DNA from: Podarcis gaigeae
Taxonomy: Eukaryota
Length of the DNA: 64,000 nucleotides
NCBI GenBank assembly: GCA_964106915.2
Contig: OZ066918.1
Strand: one strand, 5' to 3'
This document shows positions 48,795-62,110 of this stretch, one piece after another. Within the stretch, counting starts at the first letter, position 1. Each line of letters opens with the position of its first letter. A program made the position numbers and the translations under genes. A model generated the notes under the pieces. That model searched no databases, was not told the DNA's origin, and was given only the letters and a program-made list of their open reading frames with translations.

Positions 48795-49458
48795 ATATCA
48801 CAGTGCTGTTACACAAATCTACGGTGTGACTGCATTTGGAATATTGTGTATAGTCCTGGTCACCTCACCTCAAAAAGTATACTGTAGAGTTGGGAAAAGA
48901 TTCAGAAAAGGGCAACCAATCTGATCACGGGGATGAAATAACTCCACTATGAGGAAAGATTGCAGCATTTCAGACTTCTTAGCTTAAAGAAAAGGTGAAT
49001 GAGAGGTTTATAAAATTCTGTGTGACATGGAGAAAGTGAATAGAGAGCAGTTTTTCTCCTTACACTCATTGACATCCCATGAAGCTGAATATCGAAAGAT
49101 TCAGAACAGATAAAAAGAAAGTACTTCTTCAGAAGGTTGACAGTTGAACTATGGAACTTGCTCCCACAGGAGGCAGCGATGGGCACCAATGCGGACCGCT
49201 TTAAAAGAGGATTAGATGGATTCATGGAGAATAACACTATCTGTGACTACTAGCTATGATGGCTATGCTCTGCCTCTGTGATCAGAGGCATTAGGTTTCT
49301 GAAGGCCAGTTGCTGGAAACAGCAGGAGGGGAGAGTGCTCTTGAATTCAGGGCATGCTTACAAGTTTCCCATATATATCTGGCTGGCTATTGGGAGAACA
49401 AGATGCTGGACTAGATAGGTCACTGGCTTGGTCAAGCAGGCTCTTTGTACATTCTTAC
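48795..49458 (+). mobile_element. CR1 LINE 3' fragment, decayed
   Basis: ttggaatattgtgtatagtcctggtcacctcacctcaaaaa...gatgctggactagat...caggctctt. Confidence 0.8.
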
Positions 49459-50057
49459 ACCATTTACAAAGTGGTTGTGGAAGAAATGAGAAGCAGGGCT
49501 CACTCCCATCAGCTCTGCTGAAAGACCAGCTCCATCTGGCACATTCTGTCCCTGAACTATTTAACTTTAGGAATTGGCACCTGAGTTTGCTTTTCCCTCT
49601 TCGCTACCTGTCCATTTCCCCGTGTGTGCGCCATGCATTTTATATTGTAAGCTTGTGGGCAGGGACTGTATGTAAACCACTCTGGGAGCCTTTTGGGGGT
49701 ACAAGTGCACTAAATAGATAGATAAATACCGTAATTATGGAGGATTGGGGACCTCTAGCCACATGTCTGCTATTATGCTTCTGCAAAGGTGCTACAAATG
49801 ACTCTCTATGCAGTTCTCAAGTCATTATTGTGCCCTACAAGACCAAATTATGGAGAACCACAGAGCAACCAATGACAACATTTTGCTGGACAAAGCAAAA
49901 CAGGACTTGTCATGGTATTCTATTCTGTTGTGGGTGTACCTATATAGGCATAATATTCTGATTAGATACCATAAATGCAAATCAGAGGCATCAAATTTGA
50001 TTAGGCCCTACGCTTCATGCACAAGGAAAATAAAGAAGCATTATAGAGAGACACTGT

Positions 50058-50245
50058 ATAGGATCACAGGAAGGTGCCTTCTACTGAGTCATACCATTGG
50101 TCCATCTAGCTCAGGGCTGTTCAGACTAAATGGCAGAAGCTCTCTGAGGTTTCAGGAAGGGGACATTCCCAGCCCTACCAGGAGTTGTCGACTGACCCTG
50201 GGACCTTCTGGATCCAAGGCAGATGCTCTAACACTGAATGCCCTT
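50058..50245 (-). mobile_element. tRNA-derived SINE (Squam2-like)
   Basis: Collinear with the copy at 40828-41028. Confidence 0.7.
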
Positions 50246-51961
50246 CCTTTATACATGTAAGCAACTGGCTGCTAGAAGAGGCACAGAATGCACCCACCAC
50301 AGAAACCAAGTCGGCTGTCAGATGGTTAGGGAAGCCCCCTGCTCCACAGCCAGCAGAGAAATACAACAGGCTGCTGCAAGAAGGATGGAGTTCTGCATCA
50401 CACCTCTACCAGCCCCAGCAGGCCGTTAAATTCCCCCCCCCCAGGCTATTTATTGACAAGACTCCCTTTCTCTGTGATCTTGAACTCTGCCGTTCTCTGC
50501 TATGTGACCCATTTTCCCTTACCCATTTGCCAAGTATCAATGTTACCATGTAGGTCGTGAACAGATTATTGGCTATGTTAATAGCAATGTGTTTCTGGTT
50601 TGTCTCTTTGCTAAGTTTATAGCCATGGGTGACTGTCTATGCACAGGAAACAAGAGGTCAGGCTACAATAGTGTTGTGAAACAGATAGATGACGAAGTGA
50701 AAGGTGCTTCGTAGGGCCATCTGTAGAGATGGTGTTTTACTGGCTCTGCAGCCGTGCTATGAAGAAGTGCGACCATCAGACAACCGGGGTGACTTGTTAA
50801 CCTTGGATATGCCACATTTTGATCTGCCAGACTATGATCTCTCTCCTTGTGTAGACACATACTGAATATCTGCATCCTCTCAGGCAGAAAATCCATTCTA
50901 AAAACCAAACAGCCAAAGAATTAGACTCCACTCCCTGAGCACATCATTTGTAGCCCAAACTAAGTCATCTGCAAAGCAACTGGATGCTGTCCTCCAACAC
51001 ATAAATCTCTGGGAAGTCCCAGTCTCAAGCAGCAACAAGTAGAGCAGCTACAGATCTCTGTCCAGAATGTCTGCACAAAGAGATAACACAGCAGGCACAA
51101 TGGAGGGGGCAGAGTTAAGCCCAACTCTCAGTGGAGAAAGCAGGCAGGAATGGAAAACCCATGAAAGGCAAAGCACCATAGCTGCAGCAAAGCATGTAAT
51201 CCACTTCTGTGACACCTAACTTGCCCCTCTCCGCCAAAGGGGTGGGGAAAATGGGACTGGTTTTTTCCAAGGTGAAAGTAGGAACTGAAACAAACTTATT
51301 TACACTCGTGGCTACATGGCCTGTGTGAAAAGGACAGACACAATGGAATGTCCCATGAAGGGGGAAGGGTGGGAAAGATCCTTTATGAGCTCCCAGAACC
51401 AAGAAATCTCCTCCAAAATATCATACTAAGCAATGGAGTCCAGCTCTGGGAGCAGCCTGTCACAGGGCAGGAGTAGGCAAGTGACACAAGGGTCAAACTA
51501 TGCACAGAGCATTCTTGCCCAAGCAGAATCTACGGTGGCTTGCTTGCTTTTCTTATTTCGCTGTCTCTGCTTCTTGGAACTGTATTAGTTTTCAGGGCTA
51601 ATGCCCAGAGTCTTACAGGCAAGTAACCTCAGGCAACTTGTTCAACACTCAGGGCTTAGCCACACTTCCTCTCATCCTGCCACTTTCCCCTGGGGAAAAC
51701 TCTGCTTTTTTTAATTTGAGCAAACAGCAATTTGGGTTTCCCTGATTGCCATTTGTTCCAATCTGTCACTAAAGAATGGCTTTTCCCTTGCAGAGGAGCG
51801 GGGCAAGGGGGAAACCACTCAGACCTGTCCTTCCATGCATGGCACAAGCAGAAGTGCGGATGAGCCCACAGTGGAGAAAGAGCATGTGAGCCACCTAATC
51901 ACCTGGTCAAAGTATTTCCCTTATATGGCGTCATCACATATTATTTTCATTCTGCAATGTT

Positions 51962-52092
51962 ATAGAAATATTGGAAGCTGCCTTATACCATGTGAGATCA
52001 ATGGTCCATCTAGCTCAGTACTAGATGGTGGGGATTGAACCTGGAAACATTTGCATGCAAAGCACACGTGCTCCACTGCGTTACAGCCCTTC
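51962..52092 (-). mobile_element. tRNA-derived SINE (Squam2-like), internally deleted
   Basis: Tail and head of the same family joined, with the middle missing. Confidence 0.65.
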
Positions 52093-53604
52093 CTCTTCTA
52101 TTTTTTTAAAAAATAAATTTATTTAATTTTCAGATTTTGAAATTTACAAACAATCGTCAAGCAATCAAAACGAAAAGAGACTTCCATAACTTCCCTCCTC
52201 CCCTTTGTGGGTCCTTATGTTAACATTTTTCCTCCTGCATTCTTCTAAGTGCTGCAGTGAGGGACAATGGGTTCCTCCAAACAAGCACTATTTTCAGGGA
52301 GGGACTCAAGGGCATACTGGAAATATAGGTTTGTGCTGTTGAAGTGGATTAAAGTGATCTGTTGCCCCAGGGCAACAAATCTGCTTATTTATTTTTAAGC
52401 AGACTTTTTGGAGCTAAGAAAGTGACTGGGAAGTGCAGTTAAAAGGAGGGGATGAGCAAGCGATTAGTAAGAAGATCATTTCCTATTAATCAGGATGAGT
52501 GTTCATTGCCACATGACCCCCCTTGCAAACAAATCAGGATGAATGCTTAATAAAGCCTGATCATAATATAAGCTCCAGGTAAGATCTGTGCAAGCAAATT
52601 AGCACAAGTGCTCAATAAACAGGTCGCCTGGAGAAGCCCAGTCTCAAGGAAGTCTAGCATAGGGAGAGAGGGGCTGACACCTTGAAGCAGAAGGGCATTT
52701 GCATAGAGTCCACCACACTACACCAAAGCACTGTACAGATACAGAGATCGTTATACAGGGCTCATCAATACTTGCACACTTCCCACTAAAATAAGCACAC
52801 AGTGCCTGTCTCTAGTCATCCAATACTACTGCTTCACATGTGTTTATTGCCAACAGAATGCAAGCTACCACCTCTATCAACATAATAACCCATACACACA
52901 GTGCCCCCTCCACCTTCCAGTGCCATCCGTCACACATCTCCTGCTCAGGTACACCATGCATGTTTACCAGTCCACACTCCAAGCATGCACCCCTAAAATG
53001 TTTTTCTCATGCAAGGTGAACGCATGTATTAGCGGCACCAAGTTGGTGCCACACTCGTGCCCACTTGCTACAGATGTAGACGGGGTTCAGAAAGGTCCAT
53101 GGTTTCCTGCCTCTTTAAGAAGTCATCACCCTGGAAGGGGACACTGTGTCCGACATAGGCTTGTGGCTTAGATGACATGCCTGCTTCAAAGTTCTACTTC
53201 CCCCAAGGCTCACCCATTTGGTGTAGAGCTTCTCTCTTACTTTGCACAAAGTACAAGTTTCTTTTAGTTTCCAGTTCTCACTTTAAGGATAGGCATTGCT
53301 ACTTATCCTCTGTATTTAGCATAGTCTTCAACTGCACGCACTCCAAAAGGTGTATGACCCTTTCCACACTCTCATTGCCCCTTAGAGACCATCCAAGTAT
53401 TATTATTTTTTATTTTTGAAGGGATAATAAAGCCTTCTGGGTTGCAGCAGTGGCTCCATCTCCACTGTTGAACTAAACTAAACTACCCATTGCCCTGTCA
53501 AAAGTGATAGATTTGGCTAATCAAGGCTCACCCTACAACCAGCCAGAGGAGTACAGATTAAGCAGAGCCAGTTCCCCAGCACCACCCCTTTCCCTGTGCA
53601 TTAC

Positions 53605-53707
53605 CTTCCAAGGAGACCGGCTCAAAGAGTCCAAACTGCTCCAGCACCTTGACGAAGAGGACCAGAACCACCAACACGGCAATCATCTCCAGGCCTTCCA
53701 GGTTCAT
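53605..53707 (-). CDS. KCNIP2: KCNIP2 alternative first exon (transmembrane/KISD N-terminus)
   Basis: accATG then MNLEGLEMIAVLVVLVLFVKVLEQFGLFEPVSLE(G), 103 nt, phase-1 donor G|gtaatg; matches the known KChIP2x/KChIP4a-type N-terminus. Too short to appear in the ORF track. Confidence 0.93.
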
Positions 53708-56700
53708 GGTGAAGGGGACTCATGGCATCAAGGCCCTCAAGCCCACCCGTGCCTGCTCTCCCAGCTCCTCATTCACCCCAGTTCAGCCAGGGTCACCCAC
53801 ATGCCCGTGGGTCCTTGTATCCCTTTGAAACGGTGCTGCTGCTTTCAACCCTGCTGCTGAAGATCAGCCTCCATCAGGAACAGCACCGGGGGCACCTCTG
53901 ACCCTCTCCCAAGGGGCACAGAGATTGCTGTGCCTGCTAAGGGGAGAAAAGGATCACACAGCGCAGGGCAGGGAGTTTGCGAAGTCTGAGGCAGTGGAGT
54001 CTGAGCTGCGCTTGCCTGGCTCACAGAGATGAAAGTGAGAGGGAGAGAGGGAGCGTGGCAGCAGCGCCAAGAGAGAAATGCAAAGGGGGGGGGGAGAGGA
54101 ATGTGTGCAGAAGGAGCCCTGCCCTCCCATCCCATCCCAATGACACCAACACAATCGATTTGCTTAATGCAGCTGCTAAGGAGATGGGAGAGTTAAGAGG
54201 ATCTTGGCTTGTGCCCAGGAAAGTTCAGTGCAGATGGGAGGGGGCATTAAACAGGGAGAGACCCTCATGTGACGCCTCAACATGTCCAGTCCCAGCACTG
54301 CTGCGGGAGGACACCTGTATCTCTCTAGGCACTGCCCTTGCCCATCTCTTGCCACAGAGGAAACAACGGTGTTTAAAATGTGCAGAGGACAACATACTCT
54401 GGAAAACTTCAACCCAGCCTGAGAGTCCACCTCCAGAACACCCAGCTGAGCAAGGCTAGCCCAGGTGGTGACCACCAATTTCTTAATGTCCTTCCTACCA
54501 TCCTACATGGTTCTCCTTTTAATTTTTTTTTACAATGGTTCTGCTTGACAATTCTACCATCACGAAGAGCATCCTAGCTGCCTCTGCTTGGAGGGTGTGT
54601 GTTGGTGGTTAAGAAGTATCATGCTGGATAAAAGGGTAAGGATTGCATAGTATCACAAGACCACGGGGGGAGGGTAATGATAAACTAGCTCACTGGACAG
54701 AGAAGGAATCCCTATCTGAGGCACCTTCCAAGCCTTCAGAATTTCTTCCCCAATAATGCCCCACAGACGCCAAGGGGAGAGCTGGCCTGGGGGTGGAATT
54801 CTAGTGCCAGAGGAGAAAGCAGCCTGCTTTTCAGCTGGCAGCAGTCAGGTATATTTACTGATGTTGTTTCAGCCGCTACCTGTAAATTGATAGCCAGGGC
54901 TCAAAGCAGACACCAGAAATACACTACACACACCAATATTCAGAAAGCTATTGATTGCCTGGCAGGGGGAGGGGAAGGGTTTGTCAAAGGATATAAAAGT
55001 AGCAGCATGGTTATAAAAACAGTCTGCCAACACCTGACAGGTCCCCTACTTGTTCACCTTCTAGATACTTCTATTTATTTTTTCTACTGCCTGACTGTTG
55101 TTGTTTTTTAAATCCACAGTCAGCAAAAACGGCACTAACAAAGACGTTGCCAAAGGTATGCAAGCTTTTTTTCCCAGCCATCAACCTGATTGGCATCTAA
55201 AACACCTGACTAGCTTTTAAATCCATTCCTATCCCTGCCTAAGGAGGGAGAAGAGTGGAGAATGGGAGCATCCAATATCCCAGGTACAAGTTCTACCACT
55301 GCTGGGTGTTTCCCAGACTGTGCCCCAAACTCCTTCAGCCCCAGCTTTTTCATACCTCCCTTGTGCTGTTGGTGTTCTCTCTTAGCCCTTCTCACCCACC
55401 TGGTCTATATTTTTGTCACCACACATACCTAGAAGTGCCCGGAGCTTAACAGCTTACTGAGCAGCAGCATTGGCAGTTTCTGACTGGCTAAGCCTTTCAT
55501 TTGTAGAACTGGACGTGCCTGAACCGGAGTCAAGAAAAATGCCAGGGCCTGGTGCCAGGATTCAGGGGAGGGGGAGGGCCTGCCCAGGCTCTGCATATTA
55601 CTCATACCAGCAGAGCCCAGGGGAGGCTGCCAGCCTGGCATTGGCGCCTGCTCTTCAGATAGACGAAACCTGAAACAAGAGCCCCAACTGTGGCCTGCTG
55701 GAAGAGGGCAAGGGTTGCCCAGGCCAATGATTCTCCCATTGCGAGAGTTAATTCCTTAATCCCCACAAACCATTGGTTATTATCGCTCATCAGAGACAAC
55801 TCTGCACCCCAGTCCAGCCAGCCACTCCTATTACAGAGCAGAAGAGAAGAGAAGAGAAGAGTGCACTTATACCAATGGGATAGTGAGTAGAGATGTCAGT
55901 GTATGTGTCATCCTCATCCCTCTAGTCACTTTGCATCTCTTTCCAAATGTTGAGTCCAAAGGAGAAGAGGAACTGGGTACAGATCCCTGGTGGATCTGGA
56001 GGTTCCTCCTACTCTCCCTCACCCCGCCAAACACCATCAGGTCAGGAGATTTTGCTCTGCAACTCTGCAGGGCTGGATTACGCTAGCCTCGCTCTCTCAT
56101 TCTGATGCATTCATTCCGTCCAAGAAATCCCTCCTGCCAGGCATAAGCTTTCATGTACTAGTGTCCACTTCTTCAGATGCACAAAAGTGTTACCCTAAAT
56201 TGGCAGTACATACACACAGTTGTGGAGAGGGAAGAATATGAGCTGTGAAGTCAGAGGGAGGTGGGGAAATAAGAGAGTGCAGACTGTAACTTGTATGTTA
56301 AGGCTAAGTTAAATGTATGTAAAATCATTAGTAACCATTCACAAAGCAGTGTTCATGATGATGCACAGCATCTGTCCTTACAAAAGGGGTAAAATGTGCA
56401 AACTCATTTAGCAGAGATTCCCTGTTGAAAGACACAAAGCAATGTGTGTGGGAGATCCCGGAGCTTGAGCAGCTACACAGCTAAACTCTTGCAGAGAGTA
56501 GGCCTTTTTGCAGGGAAGCAGAGTGCTAACAGGTGCCAAAAGCCAGAGATACTGTTATCTCAATGCAGCCTCAGGACACAACAAATCCCATCTCCCCCTT
56601 AATGTTCATGTATATGGGAGGGGTTGGGGAATCTTTGTATGATTCTTGTGACAGTAGGGCTGGCACACAGGTCAAATACTGTATGTAGTGAATTACAACA

Positions 56701-56756
56701 CTAAAAACTATCTCTTGCTATTACGTCAGGATTTATAATTACGTATGTGTGTTGCC

Positions 56757-56789
<33 letters not shown>

Positions 56790-56790
<1 letters not shown>

Positions 56791-57056
56791 CTCCTGCCAA
56801 CCTAGTAGTTCAAAAGCACTCCAGTGCAAGTAGATAAATAGGTACCACTGTGGCGGGAAGGTAAGTGGTTTTTTCATGTGCTCTGGTTTCTGTCATGGTA
56901 TTCCATTGCTCCAGAAGTGGTTTAGTCATGCTGGCCACATAACCCGGAAAGCTGTCAGTGGACAAACACTGGCTCTCTTGGCCTGAAAGCAAGATGAGTG
57001 CCGCAACCCCATAGTCACATTTGACTGGACTTAATCGTCCAGGGGTTCTTTACCTT
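56790..57056 (+). mobile_element. Sauria SINE, 5'-truncated
   Basis: ctcctgccaacctag...gtcatgctggccacat...ctttacctt; collinear with the copy at 12415-12748. Confidence 0.85.
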
Positions 57057-57058
57057 AT

Positions 57059-57089
<31 letters not shown>

Positions 57090-57788
57090 AGGAAATAGGA
57101 GACAGAAGCTCTGGAACCAGTAGCCTTCAGACAGCTAATGTGAAGGCAGCATTTATCCCCTTAAATGAAAAGCTATTGCAAAGTCAGCCACAGTCCACTA
57201 CAGTCCATACACTCTAAAGTATGGGGTGCTGTCATCCTGCACACTGCTTAGTCCAGCAGCAGCTCCTTTACATAGAATAAAAACTCACAGAACTGGAAAG
57301 TGTCTATCAAAAGGCAATCTATTCCAGCAGTGAGACAGAATTACGCATCTACCAGCCAACTCCTTTCAAACTAAGCCAAGGTCAGTTTGGCACAAAGAGA
57401 GGCTGATCTGTTCTCAACCTTGCTGTGCATCTTAAATCCATGCAAATGGAGGCTTGTCGTGTTCCAACTCAGGACAGTGTTAAAAGGGCTTCAGGAAGCT
57501 ATGGGCACAAGGATGACCAGGGATGAAGTACCAGAACAGGGTCATCACCAACAAAAGGAGCAGGTCAAAGTAGCTGTAAAGCCAACACAGCAATTATCAT
57601 CCTGACTATAATAGCCATGAGTTCAGCAACACCAACAGAAGGTTACACCCACAGATTCTTTAAGTAGTTATAAGACACAGAAGTGGGGAGTGTGACAAGA
57701 GGCTCTCTTTGACCTTGCCCCTTCCTTTGAACTTAAATGGACTCTTCTAGAAACAAGGGCTTCTTGGCTTGTTTGCACTGTGTGCTGA

Positions 57789-58788
57789 GGTTCTGTGGGG
57801 TGGGTGCTCTTCACATAGCAGAACTCAGGGTGCTCTGCAAGTGCTTGTATGGTATCCAAGAAGCATCTGGGGAACTTCACCTGCTTGGAAACCCCCAAGA
57901 CAATAATAGTTTGGCACCAAATTAGTGGTAGCTAGTGGTTTCCAGTGGGGGCTGGCTTGGGACAATGTGCCTCACCCCACCTTGCTTTGCCAAGAGGATC
58001 ACATCACTCCCACAACAGCCACACTTTTGAAACCCGGATGATGAGATGAAGGACAGTCAGGTCACAACACAAATAAAGCTCAAAAAAGAATCAGTGCAAC
58101 ACTAATTTTTAATCGCTTTCACACTAGCACTCTGCTCAAAACTGCTGCCATCACCACACCATGTATTTAAACTAATTCCATGTAGATAAATAGAGATGGT
58201 TCACATACATCGTACACATACGCACATGAAACTCTAAGCTGATGTGAAGCCTAAGTACTCCTTTCTTATTTAACTCATAAGGATCTTTTGGCCCACTTTA
58301 CTAAAAAATATTAAGGCAAGCAGGTTGAAATGTATTGGGGTTACATTTCCTGCTCCTATTTCACAATCTCAGGAGCCAGGTGCTTCTGGAAAGCAATCAA
58401 AGCATTCTGATAAAACTGCAGATTGGAACAAACAGCAATATATATGTCATCGCAGTGACATGGAGAGTGTTGCTTGATCAGCACTTCCAAGCTGTGTCTT
58501 GTTAAGCAATGGACTTAGACTGCTGGAAAACTTAAAACATGAGGAGATAACAAAAGACGAACTAAACGCTTCATTTCTGTGGTTTTTCAATTTTGGTTAA
58601 TGAAGTTAATATACAGGACATGCATTATTCCCCTTTTCTCCAGAATTACTTTTTTGTTGCTGAACACGGTCTACAGGCCTTGCATGGACGATGCCCTTAT
58701 ATTGCAGGGACGCTACTCCCACCCATATTAGATATTTCAGACATGAGAAAATGTGACACTTTCCACAGAAGCAATCTCAATAGCTGTG
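57789..58788 (+). repeat. Direct duplication, copy A
   Basis: Collinear with 62111-63607 over about 1 kb. Confidence 0.9.
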
Positions 58789-58878
58789 GCTGTCTAATGG
58801 GGCTTTGGATAAACAAATATTGCATATGGTACAATATATCGTTAGTGAGGAGTAGCAACAAACCAGCTATGTGCAATC

Positions 58879-58923
<45 letters not shown>

Positions 58924-61026
58924 GCCTTCCCTGGTTGCGTGCCACAGTTGTTCACCAGTGCAACCTTGGTGTACAAGAGAACATTCAGCTCAATTTTTTA
59001 AAAAAGAGTCCAAAGAGCAAACAACATTATCCTCCTCCCTACCAATTAGCTTTCAATTTAAAACAGAATTCACCATGAGGGGAGGGAAGCAATGTACTCC
59101 CCTGGTCTATAATCCATCAGGACCTTAGGAGCCGGTCCTTCTCATATACTCCAGTGATGCTGTTTACATTGATGTGTGAATGGATGAAAATTGATTGGTG
59201 CATGCACGAGCCAAGACCTGAACACCAACAACCTTCTTTGTGTTCCATTCTGAAGCCACTAATTTTGCTGTCAATATCCAGTCTGGGCTCCCTGCTTGAG
59301 GGGAGGAGACAGCAAGATCCCACAGGCACACACCAGAGTGGCCTCTAGTGGTCAAATGTTATCACTGCATGAAAATGCGGGCTCCTCCAGAGAAGAAGGT
59401 CAGAATGTGTCCAGTCTTTGTTGAACATTTGTCCTGATCAGTTTATGGGGTGGTTATATGACAATGAGCATTTGTCCTGATTTGCTTGTGTGCTTTTTAT
59501 CCATCTTCCTGTGTCATTTGTTCATCTCACACTTTTCAGTGCATTTCCCTGTCACTTTCCTAGCAGCAAAAAGTTAAATAAATAAATAGTGATATTTATC
59601 CACTATGTGGGCAGAGTGCAAACCTAAACTTCCAGTAGGCACTTGAATCACTCACATAAAATACTGACAGCCTGGAGGCAATCTGAGAATTAACCACTTT
59701 GAAAAGTCCACTTAAAGAACAAGACCCATAAATTAAGAGTCACCTGTGGGCATACACATACAGGATCGCGTGACATGATAGTGTTACTCCTTAACAACTA
59801 TTAAATACCTTGTTGTTCTCACACAATATGAGTGATTAAATGCAAAAGATTTCCCACTCTTTCCAGGCATACTTAGAACGGAGTTGGACTGCAAGCACAG
59901 ATCCAGGAATAATTCCAGATTAATCAACAGTGCTGTGATCTCCATGCCAGGTACTGCAAAGGAGATGTGGGTTAGTGGGATCTCATGCTCCAATGATTTA
60001 TTGTTAACATGTTGTTTGCTTGTTTAGCATTAGTGCTTGGAAAGATTAGTACAAGGGGATAATATAGAACAAGATAGCAAATAGTCAAAGCAGAGGGGAA
60101 CAGAGATTTTGCACATAACAAAGCTACAAAACTACAAAGGCAGGAGAACAAAGGCTTAGTGCAATTTATTCAAGGGATTAACAAAATTCTAAATATGGCC
60201 AGAATGATATTTGGGAAGATACAGAGCAAAACAAAAGCACTGCTCTAAAATGCAGCTTCATTACACCCTCTGGTGGCTAAAGTCTACCTGGACAACCACA
60301 AACAAGAGCATATAGTTCAGCATCCCTTTGTAGCACATCTTGCTAATCCCTGGCTTCAGATCAGATCTTTCCCCTGCCATGTGCCAGGAATCTTCTCTCC
60401 TTCCTCCATCTGGAAACCTCCCTTGCTCAGGTTTCCTAGCAATAACCAAGGCCAAAACCTTCAGAATTACTAAACAGAACTGTTTTTGTGCTTCAGGCAG
60501 ATGAAACCTTTTGAACTTTTTTTCTTTTGAAAAAAAACTAATTAATGCACTTGGCTGGCATGAAATCTCCAAAAAAGTAGAAGACTATTAAAAGCATTTT
60601 TTTTTTTTTTTGGTAAAGCTGGTCATCTTGTTGTGGAACCACCAAACAAATTTTAAACATCAGAATGTAAATTACCTCACTGCCAGCCATCATACTGGCT
60701 GTCAAACTCAAAATAGTTTCTCATGAAACATGCACGTTCAGACACATATGAATAACAAGATTCTAAAACAGATTCATTTAGTTAGAACATTTACTACCTA
60801 ACATTTCTATTAACAATCAGCAGTGCATTTAAGTTCCGACTCACGCATTAATATGCATTGAAAATGTTACCCCTTTGCCACAAAAGGAAAATGACTATTG
60901 TTCAGGTTAAGGTGCCGCAAGTGCTTTTGTTGTTTGTGCTGCAATGGACTCACAGGGGTAACCTTCTGGAAGGATGTTAAAGGTTGAGTAATCCACACTG
61001 ATTCATACAAAACACACCTTCTACCT

Positions 61027-61164
61027 CAGAGGTGGGGAACCTGTGGCCCTCCGGATGTTGCTGGATTACAACTCCCATCAGCCCCAACTAGCATGGTTAA
61101 TGGTCAGGGATGATGGGAGTTGTAATCCAGCAACATCCGGAGGGCCACGGTTTCCCCATCCCTA
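61027..61164. mobile_element. hAT-type palindromic MITE
   Basis: Long inverted arms; degenerate 8-bp TSD ttctacct/ctttacct. Confidence 0.85.
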
Positions 61165-62110
61165 CTTTACCTCATGAATGTCATATGGGAAATGAGACTG
61201 GAATGTAAATGATGCAGCAACTTGTCTGGAAGCACCAGAGACAATAAGGGGGAAACTTCTTCAAGCGAAGTTAAGAGCAAGACTTACCTACAGTGATCAA
61301 GAACCTGGAGCAACTATTCAAACATGTGGGTTAAAGTCAAGGAAGAATCCACATTGCTGGATTCATTCAATGCCTACATATGCAATAAAGTACTTCTCTC
61401 TTTAATGAATGTGTAATTTTAAATACACACTCCTTGAAACAGTGAAGGTTTTTTGTTTGGTTTTTTAAAAGGGTTTGTTATTAATTTGCCATTACATATG
61501 GTTCCATCTTATCTGTGACCAAGGTGTCACTTGTTGTAGCTGCAAAATTAATACTGCAAATGCAGAAGCATGCAAAATGACGTATTAGCCTGCTAAGGCT
61601 TATCACTGCACCGATTCTCCAATCTAATTCGCAATTATTATAAATTCGTCTTTGATTTAGCAAGTCATCTTTCTATGCAGGTGAGCAAAAGAACTCTGGG
61701 AAGTCAGGGGAGATAACATTAAAAGGATTTACGACTGAGCCTATTCTTGTCTCTGAACGCAGCCGAGCCCTAAATTGAATCACCCTTTCCATTCCACAAA
61801 TCTGTAGCATATTAATTGCAAAACTATGTAGGGAAATGAAGCTTCAAAGGAAGGCCATGGTTTAGTTGGGATTGTGAAGAGTTAAGTATTTAATCTCACA
61901 GGGGTGAATTCTCTGTATTTGGCTGTAGATACCTTCTGTTCCTACCCTCCTTTTCACAGATTTTTCTTTTTAAAATGTTTCTTAAAATAATGAGGCCTTT
62001 TATGTGCCTGGTAATGAAGCACATGAACTGTCCAGGGTGCTGAAACTGCAAGCTGCTCAGATCCAAATGCAAGAGCAAAATTCCTTCTAACATCCTGCAT
62101 TAATTGTAGG

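Larger units (their letters stand above)
29687..53707 (-). other. KCNIP2: KCNIP2 (KChIP2) gene body, TM-type first exon to stop codon
   Basis: 9 exons splice in frame (792 nt) to an NCS-family EF-hand protein matching KChIP2; it lies immediately upstream of OGA, as in mammals. Confidence 0.96.

Noticed and set aside
53879-53899. Second RE1-like site (AACAGCACCGGGGGCACCTCT) upstream of the TM exon
   Set aside because: The right half misses two key bases of GGACAG; too weak to call.
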